Shown: in pieces, positions 29,512 through 38,179 of the stretch
Layout: each line of letters opens with the position of its first letter
Position numbering within the stretch: the first letter of the stretch is position 1
Source of the DNA: a virus
Lineage: Duplodnaviria > Heunggongvirae > Uroviricota > Caudoviricetes
Strand: one strand, 5' to 3'
DNA length: 64,000 nt
Virus record (IMG/VR): IMGVR_UViG_3300037067_005176
Span: 61,081-125,080 of that record
Program-made: the position numbers and the translations under genes
The notes under the pieces: model-generated
What the model was told of the DNA's origin: nothing
The model's input: the letters and a program-made list of their open reading frames with translations, nothing else
Database searches by the model: none

Positions 29512-29895
29512 ATGAATTTTAAAGATTATATAAAAGAATCAACACAATTTATAAACGAAAATTCTGAAGCCGTTGAATTAAGAAAACATTTGCATGATCA
29601 ACAGATGAAATACGCAGCTGCTCAAAAACGAAAAGACAAAAGAGCAATGGATTTTTGGAATAAAGCAATCAAAAATACTGAAGAAGAATTGAAGTATTAC
29701 GATAATGAAAATTTTAGTTCAATAGAATCTTCCAATGAAAAAGAAAATCCAAAAATTTCAGAATATGAAAGAAAAATAGATCAATTGGAAACTAAACTTG
29801 GAAAACTGATTAATTCTGGGGGAAAACCCGCTGAAATTGCGAAGATTAGACGCGTGATAAATAATTATGAAGATTTGCTACACTCTTTGAGTTAA
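29512..29895 (+). CDS. Small helical protein with capsid-targeting-like N-terminus
   Basis: Begins MNFKDYIKE; SD GGAG. Confidence 0.6.
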   Translation: MNFKDYIKESTQFINENSEAVELRKHLHDQQMKYAAAQKRKDKRAMDFWNKAIKNTEEELKYYDNENFSSIESSNEKENPKISEYERKIDQLETKLGKLINSGGKPAEIAKIRRVINNYEDLLHSLS

Positions 29896-29908
29896 AAATA
29901 ATAAATAT

Positions 29909-29938
29909 AGAGGAACGACAACAATCGTTCCTCTTTTA
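29909..29938 (+). terminator. Hairpin plus T-run between a late-like promoter and the HEG
   Basis: AGAGGAACGA-caacaa-TCGTTCCTCT followed by TTT. Confidence 0.65.
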
Positions 29939-29940
29939 CT

Positions 29941-30939
29941 ATGAGGTTTATGTTGCGTGGAATTAAATTGAATATTGATGATGTTATTGAACGTTTTAAA
30001 TTTATTCATAATAATGAATACGGTTATTGTAATATCACATCATATAAAAATAAAACTGAAAAGCTTGAAATCGTTTGTAAACAGCATGGTTCATTTTTTC
30101 AATCTGCGCATTCTCATTGGAACGGAAGCGGTTGCCCCAAATGTTCAAATTCAAAAATATCAAAATCTAAAGAATATACACAAGAAGAAGCATTGAATAA
30201 ATTTAGGTCTGTTCATCAAGACATATATGATTATTCGGCGGTTACTTACAATGGGTGCGGTAATCATATATATGTAATTTGTAAAAAACATGGAACATTT
30301 AAAGTAAGACCTTGCGATCATTGGAATGGACGTGGTTGTCCTAAATGTGGAAGATTAAAAGCGGCCGAATCAACGAAACTTAGTTTTGATGAAGTCATTG
30401 AAAAGTTTAAACTTAAGCATGGTAATTTATATGATTATTCAAACGTTGTGTATAAAGATTGTGCAACAAAAGTTCAAATAAAATGTAATAAACATAATAT
30501 AATGTTTTCACAAATGCCTTATAATCATTGGAATGGACAAGGATGTCCATTGTGCGGTCAAGAAGCACAGTCATCACATTCAAAATCAATTTGGGAAACT
30601 GAACTTTCAAAAGAATTAAAACGACATATTGATATAAAGACAAACAATCGTACTTTATTAAAAGGACTTGGCCCTAATGGCGGTGATTTGGAATTGGACA
30701 TGGTTTTTAATAATAAAGCCATAGAATGTAATGGCACATATTGGCATTGTGATAATCGAATTTATAAAGAAGACTTTGTCGGTCCTTACGGAAAATTAGC
30801 TAAAGATATTTGGAAATATGATAATGAAAAAATTGAAAAGGCAAAAGCTGTCGGTATTGATGTGCTGACTGTTTGGGAAAACGATTATAAAAACTATAAA
30901 GTTGATGTGATTGAAAAATGTTTAGAATTTTTGAGGTAA
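29941..30939 (+). CDS. Putative homing endonuclease (3 Zn-binding DUF723-like repeats plus PD-(D/E)XK)
   Basis: Three C..HG/HN.F...H.NG.GCP.C repeats; LELDMVF...AIECNGTYWHCD. The start may be 29950. Confidence 0.8.
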   Translation: MRFMLRGIKLNIDDVIERFKFIHNNEYGYCNITSYKNKTEKLEIVCKQHGSFFQSAHSHWNGSGCPKCSNSKISKSKEYTQEEALNKFRSVHQDIYDYSAVTYNGCGNHIYVICKKHGTFKVRPCDHWNGRGCPKCGRLKAAESTKLSFDEVIEKFKLKHGNLYDYSNVVYKDCATKVQIKCNKHNIMFSQMPYNHWNGQGCPLCGQEAQSSHSKSIWETELSKELKRHIDIKTNNRTLLKGLGPNGGDLELDMVFNNKAIECNGTYWHCDNRIYKEDFVGPYGKLAKDIWKYDNEKIEKAKAVGIDVLTVWENDYKNYKVDVIEKCLEFLR

Positions 30940-30942
30940 ATC

Positions 30943-31599
30943 ATGTACGATAAGAATCCTCGCCTCCGTTGTGAAGGTGAATCAATAGAATATACAAAAG
31001 AAATGATTCAGGAATACGTTCGTTGTAAAGAAGATATTATTTATTTCGCGGAAAAATATTTTAAAATTATTTCATTTAAAGGAGAACATAGTATTGAGTT
31101 GCGTGATTATCAAAAGCGAATGTTAAAAGCAATGGTTGGAGGTGATGACGATCCAAGACCTCACTGTGCTGTAAACGCTAGTCGACAAATTGGAAAAACA
31201 ACGATTTCTACAATTTTTATAACGCATTTTTTAATATTTAATGAATTAAAAAATGTTGCAATTCTTGCTAATAGAGAAAAAACTGCGATTGAAATTATTA
31301 ATAAGGTAAAGTCCGCGTATGTTGGTCTTCCTCTTTGGTTACAACAAGGAATTTCGGATAGATACGGGGGTTGGACTAAAACTTCAATTGGATTAGAAAA
31401 TGGATGCAAATGCGTTGCATCATCAACAGCCGCGGCAGCAATTCGTGGTATGACTATTAGCTGCGTAGTTGGTGATACGGTAATAACTGTTAAAGATAAA
31501 GAAACGGGTAAGATTAAAGATATAACAATGGAAGAGTTGGCCGATGAACTAAGTGATTATGATAATGATTACGGAAACTTTAATATAATTTTGAAATAA
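30943..31599 (+). CDS. gp17: Terminase large subunit, N-terminal half plus N-intein
   Basis: LRDYQ, Walker A SRQIGKT, ILAN, LP.WLQ, AAIRG; then intein block A CVVGDT and a stop. Confidence 0.93.
   Translation: MYDKNPRLRCEGESIEYTKEMIQEYVRCKEDIIYFAEKYFKIISFKGEHSIELRDYQKRMLKAMVGGDDDPRPHCAVNASRQIGKTTISTIFITHFLIFNELKNVAILANREKTAIEIINKVKSAYVGLPLWLQQGISDRYGGWTKTSIGLENGCKCVASSTAAAAIRGMTISCVVGDTVITVKDKETGKIKDITMEELADELSDYDNDYGNFNIILK
31462..31596 (+). mobile_element. Split intein N-fragment (45 aa)
   Basis: CVVGDTVITVKDKETGKIKDITMEELADEL resembles the short IntN of TerL-type atypically split inteins. Confidence 0.88.
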
Positions 31600-31678
31600 A
31601 ATGCCCAGGAATCACTGAAGATATGATAGGAAAAACATGGAAAGAATTAGGTTGGGGTTTTGAGGTGAAATATGAGTA
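31584..31678 (+). pseudogene. Probable C-terminal relic of a free-standing HEG between the intein halves
   Basis: An open frame spans the gap: YNFEIKCPGITEDMIGKTWKELGWGFEVKYE*. Confidence 0.45.
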
Positions 31679-32028
31679 AAGATTCAAAATATATAGAAAT
31701 TTTTGTTAATAATAAATATGAAGTTTTGACGAATGAAGGTTTTGAAGATTTTTCGGGTATCGGTATATCTAAAAATACAAATTATATTAAAATTGTGTTT
31801 GATAACGAGGCTGAAATAACTGTAACATCCGAACATTGTTTGTTTGATTTAAATAAAAATCCAAAATCAGCAAAAGATATAAAACCGTACGATTTTATTT
31901 GGTGTATAGGTGGTTTTATTTCAGTAAAGAGCGTTGAAAAATTAGATGAAGATTTATACGCATATGATTTAATTAATGTTAAAAATGAAAAACACTCTTA
32001 TATAACTAATAATGTAACATCACAAAAT
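31672..32028 (+). mobile_element. Split intein C-fragment (119 aa), no endonuclease domain
   Basis: Ends YITNNVTSQN, followed by Cys+1 at 32029. Confidence 0.9.
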
Positions 32029-33177
32029 TGTTTGTTCCTTGACGAATTTGCTTTCGTTCCACAAGAGATAGCGAATGATTTTTTTGCTTCTGTGTATCCA
32101 ACTATCACGCGAGATCCAAATGCGAAAATTATCATTGTGTCAACTCCAAATGGTCTTAACCATTTCTATGACATCTATAAAGGTGCAGTATCAAATGAAA
32201 ACAACTTTAGACCTATTAAAGTAAATTGGTGGGAAGTTGAAGGTCAGGATGACGAATGGAAAAAGAAGATCATCCGAGATTTAGGTTTAGTGCGTTTTCA
32301 ACAAGAATATGGGGCTAAATTCCTTGGTTCATCATCCACACTTATAGAAGCAGAATGCCTTGAACGCATTAAGACCAAAAATGCTATAGATACTAAATAT
32401 GGTGGATTAATGCAATTGTTCGAGCATCCACAAGTTGGTAAGCATCATTACATTTTAGGTATTGACTCAGCTGGTGGAACTGGTGCTGACTATTCAGTTA
32501 TTCAAGTATTTAAAATTGTTTCGCATACAGAAATTTATCAAGTTGCAACATATGCTAATAATATGATTTCTCCTCATAACTTTGCTGAGATATGTATTGG
32601 TATTTCTGATTATTATCTTCAAGCTGGCATGATGGTTGAAAATAATGAAATGGGTGGTCAAGTTGCTGATAAGATTTGGTATGACTTTGAATGTGATAGA
32701 GTATTCAATACCGATCCTAAAGGAATTGGAACAAGATCAACAAGAAAATCTAAACTTATTGCAAACATGTTAACCAAGAGATATATTGAAGAAGGTTGGT
32801 TGAAACTTAATAATGCTGAAACTGTTAGACAGTTTGGCATGTATGAAGAAGTTACTCCAAACGTTTTCAGAGGTCCAAGAACTGACCATGATGACCAAGT
32901 TACATCAATCATTTGGGGATTGTATTATTTGCAGACTCCATTCTTTGAAGGTGATCTTACATCTGTTCGTCGTTCAATTAGCGAAGTATATAAAATCATT
33001 CCTGATGAAGAAGCTGATAGAGCAATGCTTAAAAAGAAATCTTTATCAAGAGGTCCAAGTTCATTTGCAGACGATGATGGATATTCGTCTAAGGATGAAG
33101 ATGACGAGGGAATTAGACCTCCTGTTATGGATGATGACGATGACTCGTTTGAATGGCCAAATAGTTTAGACGATTAA
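31672..33177 (+). CDS. gp17: C-intein plus terminase large subunit C-terminal half
   Basis: Own SD GAGG. Intein blocks B (TSEH), F (YDLINV) and G (SQN/C), then Walker B LFLDEFAF, STPNG.NHFY, GIDSAGG.G.DYS, HDDQV. Confidence 0.93.
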   Translation: MSKDSKYIEIFVNNKYEVLTNEGFEDFSGIGISKNTNYIKIVFDNEAEITVTSEHCLFDLNKNPKSAKDIKPYDFIWCIGGFISVKSVEKLDEDLYAYDLINVKNEKHSYITNNVTSQNCLFLDEFAFVPQEIANDFFASVYPTITRDPNAKIIIVSTPNGLNHFYDIYKGAVSNENNFRPIKVNWWEVEGQDDEWKKKIIRDLGLVRFQQEYGAKFLGSSSTLIEAECLERIKTKNAIDTKYGGLMQLFEHPQVGKHHYILGIDSAGGTGADYSVIQVFKIVSHTEIYQVATYANNMISPHNFAEICIGISDYYLQAGMMVENNEMGGQVADKIWYDFECDRVFNTDPKGIGTRSTRKSKLIANMLTKRYIEEGWLKLNNAETVRQFGMYEEVTPNVFRGPRTDHDDQVTSIIWGLYYLQTPFFEGDLTSVRRSISEVYKIIPDEEADRAMLKKKSLSRGPSSFADDDGYSSKDEDDEGIRPPVMDDDDDSFEWPNSLDD

Positions 33178-33185
33178 TATAATTG

Positions 33186-33225
33186 AAGAGGAATTCAAAA
33201 GATTCCTCTTTCTTTATTATAAATA
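33186..33225 (+). terminator. Terminator plus late promoter for gp18
   Basis: AAGAGGAAT/ATTCCTCTT stem; TATAAATA at 33218-33225. Confidence 0.7.
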
Positions 33226-33293
33226 ATTATGTTAATTAATTCGTGACGTGAGTGAAATAAGTTTATTAAATGTTTATTAAATAAGAGGTAAAA

Positions 33294-35087
33294 ATGTCAC
33301 AAGCATATAGCACACCTGGTGTGTACAGATTAGAAAAAGACCTTTCAAATGTTGTTCGTCCACTTGGTACAAGTACTGGAGCAATGGTTGGAAAGGCAAA
33401 CGTTGGACCTGTTAATCAAAGAATTTTGGTTAATACCGACAAGCAATTCGTAACAACTTTTGGAATTCCAGTATCTTCGGATAATTTTGCTCATTACGGT
33501 GCAATTCAATTCCTTAGCGAATCTCAAAATCTTTGGATGGTTCGTTGCTCCTATGGCGATGAAAAGTATTCAAACGTATTAATCCCAACAGTCTCAGCAA
33601 CAACAACTTCAGCAACTTCCGCTGTAAGTATTTCGGCAATGCCAACTTCGACAGCTTTGGCTGATGCTGATTATTCCGATGGTTATACATTAAGAACACA
33701 GGATACTGATCCTGGTATTGGCGATATTGAAGAAGCTGCTAATGCGACTAATTATATCACCTTTGCATCAATTGGTCCAGGATCTTATGGAAATGATTTA
33801 GGCATTGCTGTTATCGTCCCTTCTATGTCCGCAATATCCGGAACTAACGGATTTAATTGGAAATACAAGTATGATGATACTGCAGATATTGAAACAACAA
33901 ACGCGATTTGGAAAAAAGTATATCGCGTGAATGTTTATACGAAGAATTCTTCTCAGGACGCGGCAACTGCTTGGGGAACCGGTTCTTCAGCCATTACAGC
34001 AAATACTCCAGTAGAATCATTCTTTGTATCAAATGATCCTACTCTTAAGGATGCAAATGGTAAGAGCCTTTATGCTCCATTTGTAATTAATGGAGTTTCT
34101 GCATACATTTATATGAAGAAAACTGGTCTCGCAAACATTATGCCAAGCGATGCATCAAATACTGTTGGTGTTTCTCAATTGACAAGTGGCGTAAATGGTA
34201 CTTCTGCAGGATCTTCTCAGAAGACTGCTGCTTTAGATCTTTATGCCGATCGTACAAAAGTTGGTGTAAATATTATCATCGTTCCTGATGAAATTGACAC
34301 AACTGTTGGCACTGATGTAACATATGTTCAGAAAGCTGGAAATATTGCTGTGGCTCGTCAAGATTGTATTGCAGCTGTTCAATGTTCCTCAAAAGCAAAC
34401 AAGACTCGTGATCAGATTAACGCGGCTCTTGCGGCATTCAGTTATAACAATCCTTCATATGTTGCTCCTTATGTTGGATTTGATAAGATTTATGATCAAT
34501 ATACCGATTCCGAAGTATATGTTCCAAAATCTGTAGCCGGCGCAACGTTGATGGCTCGTACTGACCGTGTCGCGAACACCTGGGATGCACCAGCAGGCGT
34601 TAACCGTGGTATTATTGGATATTCAATTGGACAAAATACAAAGCTTACAGAAGATGATATTGGGTCAATATATGATAACAATGGAAATACTTCTAAGTTC
34701 GTTACTGGTTACGGACATGTAATGTGGGGTCAAAAGACTGCACAGAAGAAGGCATCAGCATTGGATCGTATAAATGTTCGTAGATTGCTTCTTTACATTG
34801 AAAATACAATTGAGCCAAGTTTGCTTCCTTTCCTGTTTGAATTGAACAATGATAGAACGCGTTCTCGCGTATTCGCTATTATTGATCAGTTCCTTTCTAC
34901 AGTACAAGCGGGTGGTGGTTTGACACAGTATAAAGTTGTATGCGACTCTTCTAACAATACTTCACAGGTGATAGATAATAATCAACTAAATGTTGATATA
35001 TATGTCCAGCCTTCTAAAACGATTGAATTCATTCAACTACAAACCATCATCACGCGTTCTGGTGTTGATTTTAACGAAGTTGTTTAA
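33294..35087 (+). CDS. gp18: Tail sheath protein
   Basis: TPGVY..EKD, GPVNQ, WDAPAG.NRG, WGQKT, DRINVRRL, FELND..TR, IEFI. Confidence 0.97.
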   Translation: MSQAYSTPGVYRLEKDLSNVVRPLGTSTGAMVGKANVGPVNQRILVNTDKQFVTTFGIPVSSDNFAHYGAIQFLSESQNLWMVRCSYGDEKYSNVLIPTVSATTTSATSAVSISAMPTSTALADADYSDGYTLRTQDTDPGIGDIEEAANATNYITFASIGPGSYGNDLGIAVIVPSMSAISGTNGFNWKYKYDDTADIETTNAIWKKVYRVNVYTKNSSQDAATAWGTGSSAITANTPVESFFVSNDPTLKDANGKSLYAPFVINGVSAYIYMKKTGLANIMPSDASNTVGVSQLTSGVNGTSAGSSQKTAALDLYADRTKVGVNIIIVPDEIDTTVGTDVTYVQKAGNIAVARQDCIAAVQCSSKANKTRDQINAALAAFSYNNPSYVAPYVGFDKIYDQYTDSEVYVPKSVAGATLMARTDRVANTWDAPAGVNRGIIGYSIGQNTKLTEDDIGSIYDNNGNTSKFVTGYGHVMWGQKTAQKKASALDRINVRRLLLYIENTIEPSLLPFLFELNNDRTRSRVFAIIDQFLSTVQAGGGLTQYKVVCDSSNNTSQVIDNNQLNVDIYVQPSKTIEFIQLQTIITRSGVDFNEVV

Positions 35088-35102
35088 AATATTTTATTTT
35101 TT

Positions 35103-35130
35103 AAAATCCGATGAAATATTCGGATTTTTT
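35103..35130 (+). terminator. Terminator after gp18
   Basis: AAAATCCGA/TCGGATTTT stem plus T-run. Confidence 0.65.
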
Positions 35131-35180
35131 ATTACATTTACATATAATATATTTTAACCAACAAATATAATGGAGTTAAT

Positions 35181-36728
35181 ATGAAAAGACTTTCGTTTGA
35201 TGAATTTAAAAATAGATCTATTGAGGTTCATGGATTCAAATATGATTATTCTAAAGTTGATTATATCAATTCTCAAACCAAAGTTGAAATTGTGTGTCCA
35301 TTGCATGGTTCTTTTTTTCAAAAACCTAATAATCATTTTTCAAAAGGGTGTTGTAAATGTAAAGGGGATAAAATAAAGAATACTAAACTTAAGAAATATG
35401 GCGCTGAGAATTATAATAATTTTGAAAAAATAAAAAAAACAAATTTAGAAAAATATGGGTTTGAAACCCCATTGAAAAATAAAGATGTTCAATTAAAATC
35501 TAAAGCGACTTTAATTGAACGATACGGCGTAAACAATATATTTAAAAATGAATATATAAAGTCTAAAGTGAAGAATACCAATATTGAACGTTATGGTGTT
35601 GATAATGTAAGCAAGTCAGATAAAATAAAATTTATTTTATCTGAAAAAGCTAAAGCTCGTGATAAAAATGTATATATGAAATTCAATGATTCAAGAAAGA
35701 AAAAAACTGTTGACGATTTGAAATTAAAGATTGGTAAAAATTACGAAATTTTATTATATAATAATTATTATGATGTGAAGATACGAAATACAATAACCAA
35801 TGAAATTTCGTCAGAATCTGTTTATACGATATTGAGACGCTTAAAGTTTAGTTTAAGTTTAACAGCGACTAGTAATTCAAACTTGCAAATAGAATTATCA
35901 AACTTTTTAAAATCTTTTAATGTGGATTTTGAATCAAACGATAGAAAAATAATACAACCGTTGGAATTGGATATTTATGTGCCATCAAAGAAACTAGCTA
36001 TAGAATTTAATGGGCTTTATTGGCATTCTGAGCAACATAAGAAATGCGATTATCATTTAAAGAAGACTGAAGAATGTGAATCTAAAGGTATACATTTACT
36101 TCATATTTATGAAGACGATTGGCTTTACAAACAAGATATTGTGAAGAGCCGTTTAAAATCTATTCTTGGACTTAACGAGCAAAGAATCTTCGCAAGAAAA
36201 TGCATTATCAAAGAACTTGATAATAAAACATCTAGCGAATTTTTAAATCAAAATCATCTTCAAGGTGGCGGTCCAAATTCTAAATATCGTTACGGTCTAT
36301 TCTTTGAAAATGAACTTGTTGCGGTAATGACTTTTGGTTATAATAGATTCGAAAAGAATAAAATGGAATTGCATAGATTTGCAAACAAATTGGATTCTAA
36401 TGTCATTGGCGGAGCTTCTAAACTCTTTAAACATTTTCTACGACAGAATATATGTACTGAAATTATATCATATGCAGATCGTTCGTGGACGATGAATAAT
36501 AATAAATCGGTTTATGAACAACTAGGATTTAAATTAATAAATAAAACAGTTTCAGGCTATTCATATATCATAAATAATAAAAGATTTGACAGATTTAAGT
36601 TTAGAAAATCGGAATTAATTAAAGATGGATTTGATTCAAATAAATCTGAAGTTGAAATAATGAATGAACGAGGGTATTACAGAATATTCAATAGTGGAAA
36701 TTTAAAATTTTTGTATAAGTCAATTTAA
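35181..36728 (+). CDS. Hef-like homing endonuclease, paralog of 20979..22655
   Basis: One DUF723-like repeat, TN(L/I)E(K/R)YG repeats, ELDIYVPSKKLAIEFNGLYWHS; near-identical C-terminal DNA blocks. Confidence 0.8.
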   Translation: MKRLSFDEFKNRSIEVHGFKYDYSKVDYINSQTKVEIVCPLHGSFFQKPNNHFSKGCCKCKGDKIKNTKLKKYGAENYNNFEKIKKTNLEKYGFETPLKNKDVQLKSKATLIERYGVNNIFKNEYIKSKVKNTNIERYGVDNVSKSDKIKFILSEKAKARDKNVYMKFNDSRKKKTVDDLKLKIGKNYEILLYNNYYDVKIRNTITNEISSESVYTILRRLKFSLSLTATSNSNLQIELSNFLKSFNVDFESNDRKIIQPLELDIYVPSKKLAIEFNGLYWHSEQHKKCDYHLKKTEECESKGIHLLHIYEDDWLYKQDIVKSRLKSILGLNEQRIFARKCIIKELDNKTSSEFLNQNHLQGGGPNSKYRYGLFFENELVAVMTFGYNRFEKNKMELHRFANKLDSNVIGGASKLFKHFLRQNICTEIISYADRSWTMNNNKSVYEQLGFKLINKTVSGYSYIINNKRFDRFKFRKSELIKDGFDSNKSEVEIMNERGYYRIFNSGNLKFLYKSI

Positions 36729-36742
36729 GGTTAAATAATTCT

Positions 36743-36791
36743 TAAGAGGTGATGAATCGTTAGACCCATCACCTCTTACTTTTTATAAATA
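36743..36791 (+). terminator. Terminator plus late promoter
   Basis: TAAGAGGTGATG/CATCACCTCTTA 12-bp stem; TATAAATA at 36784-36791. Confidence 0.75.
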
Positions 36792-36811
36792 GATAAAAGG
36801 ACTATGAAAAT

Positions 36812-36952
36812 ATGATTTTAACAAAAGGAGAAATTTTTAAGAAATATAATATTGGGCATACCGTATTTCAAAGAATTTCTAAAGATTTTAAACACCCACC
36901 ACGTTGTTGGTGGAATTCAGCTAAACGAATTGAAGGTTTAGTAGGAGGATAA
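36812..36952 (+). CDS. 46-aa ORF (small protein or HEG relic)
   Basis: MILTKGEIFKKYNIGHTVFQRISKDFKHPPRCWWNSAKRIEGLVGG; its end overlaps the gp19 SD. Confidence 0.35.
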   Translation: MILTKGEIFKKYNIGHTVFQRISKDFKHPPRCWWNSAKRIEGLVGG

Positions 36953-36956
36953 AATT

Positions 36957-37502
36957 ATTGCAAATTTCCATATAGACGGAAGGATGAAAAACCTTCCAGA
37001 TATTCAAAAGAACTATATGTTCGAAGTATGGATTCCTAGCGAAGGATTCAATTCATTTTCTCAAGAAGGACTTATCATTCGTGCAAAGACTGCGGTTATT
37101 CCAGGCCGCGATTTTGAACAAATTGAAACATTCTTCATGGGTACAAAACAACTATTTCCGGGAAAAGCAACCTTCTCCAATGCTCTTCAGATTACATTTG
37201 ACGAGTTTGAAGATCAAATGATTACAAAAGCTCTTTATGAGTGGCAACAAAAGATTTTTGATTATAATCCAAATTCTGGAACTGCAGGTCAACAACAAGT
37301 TCTTGCGAAGACAGATTATACAAAGTCTATCATTGTTAAGATGTATCGTTCAAATGGCGAATCTCTGGGCAAACAAATTAAATTTTACAACTGCTGGCCT
37401 AAGACTATTGATGACGCGCAACTTGATATGCAATCTTCAGACAAGGTTCAGCGTTCAGTAACATTTGCTTATGATTATCATCTTCCTGAAGACGCAGGTT
37501 AA
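36957..37502 (+). CDS. gp19: Tail tube protein (possible ATT start at 36957; first ATG at 36984)
   Basis: QKNYMFEV, RAKTAVIPG, FMG....PG..TF, EWQQ, FYNCWP..I, SVTFAYDY. Confidence 0.9.
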   Translation: MANFHIDGRMKNLPDIQKNYMFEVWIPSEGFNSFSQEGLIIRAKTAVIPGRDFEQIETFFMGTKQLFPGKATFSNALQITFDEFEDQMITKALYEWQQKIFDYNPNSGTAGQQQVLAKTDYTKSIIVKMYRSNGESLGKQIKFYNCWPKTIDDAQLDMQSSDKVQRSVTFAYDYHLPEDAG

Positions 37503-37527
37503 TTTTTAAACAAATGAAATTATATTA

Positions 37528-37566
37528 AGTATGTTGGAAACAGCGTACTTTTTGTTTTATAAATAT
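37528..37566 (+). terminator. Terminator (GAAA tetraloop) plus late promoter
   Basis: AAGTATGTTG-GAAA-CAGCGTACTT plus T-run; TATAAATA follows. Confidence 0.65.
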
Positions 37567-37581
37567 TGTAGAGGTTGAATA

Positions 37582-38166
37582 ATGGCAAATTACGCAAGTG
37601 GATTGATGAATAAGTTTTTGGCGGGTAAAACCATTCAGCGCCCATATAATTACTATGTGTCAATTGAGAACATGTCGCCTTATAAAGATAACAAAAAAAC
37701 TGTATTTAGAGGAAATTTAGAAATTCTTCAGATTTTTGAAACATCGACAAATTTCCCAATTGATCATTGGCATGCGAAATCGGTTACTATGCCATTAATG
37801 CAAACAAAGTTTGAGATGTATAATGTTGGTTCATTAGTTCAAAGACATCCAATGTTTGATTTTGAGTCTCCTATATTAAAAATTGATTTTATGGAAGATT
37901 CAAAACACACAATTCAGAAATTTTTAACATGGATGTCTAAAAGACGTATGAATGGTGATGGCGAATATTATCCTATTTCACAAAGCGCTTGTATTGATAT
38001 CGTCGTTATTGTCACTGACGATAATGGAAATGATGTTTCGCAATATAGATTTAAAAAATGTTCATTGGCAAACGCAACAGAATTAAATTATACATATGAT
38101 TCAAGTGAACCAATAAATATATCAGTAGATTTTTCATTCAATATGGTTGAACAAATATATTATTAA
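37582..38166 (+). CDS. Tail-tube-family protein (gp54-like tube initiator)
   Basis: Parallels gp19: RPYNY.V, KSVTMP, F.ED, Y.F..C, VDFSF. Confidence 0.6.
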   Translation: MANYASGLMNKFLAGKTIQRPYNYYVSIENMSPYKDNKKTVFRGNLEILQIFETSTNFPIDHWHAKSVTMPLMQTKFEMYNVGSLVQRHPMFDFESPILKIDFMEDSKHTIQKFLTWMSKRRMNGDGEYYPISQSACIDIVVIVTDDNGNDVSQYRFKKCSLANATELNYTYDSSEPINISVDFSFNMVEQIYY

Positions 38167-38179
38167 CAGTGAGGTAAAA

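Noticed and set aside
31597-31672. Sequencing error breaking a contiguous mini-intein
   Set aside because: The C-half has its own SD and ATG, and the break position matches known atypically split TerL inteins. Read-level confirmation is still advisable.
35103-35150. Sigma70 promoter in the gp18 terminator, analogous to gp23
   Set aside because: TATAAT is present (35143-35148) but there is no -35 box at proper spacing.
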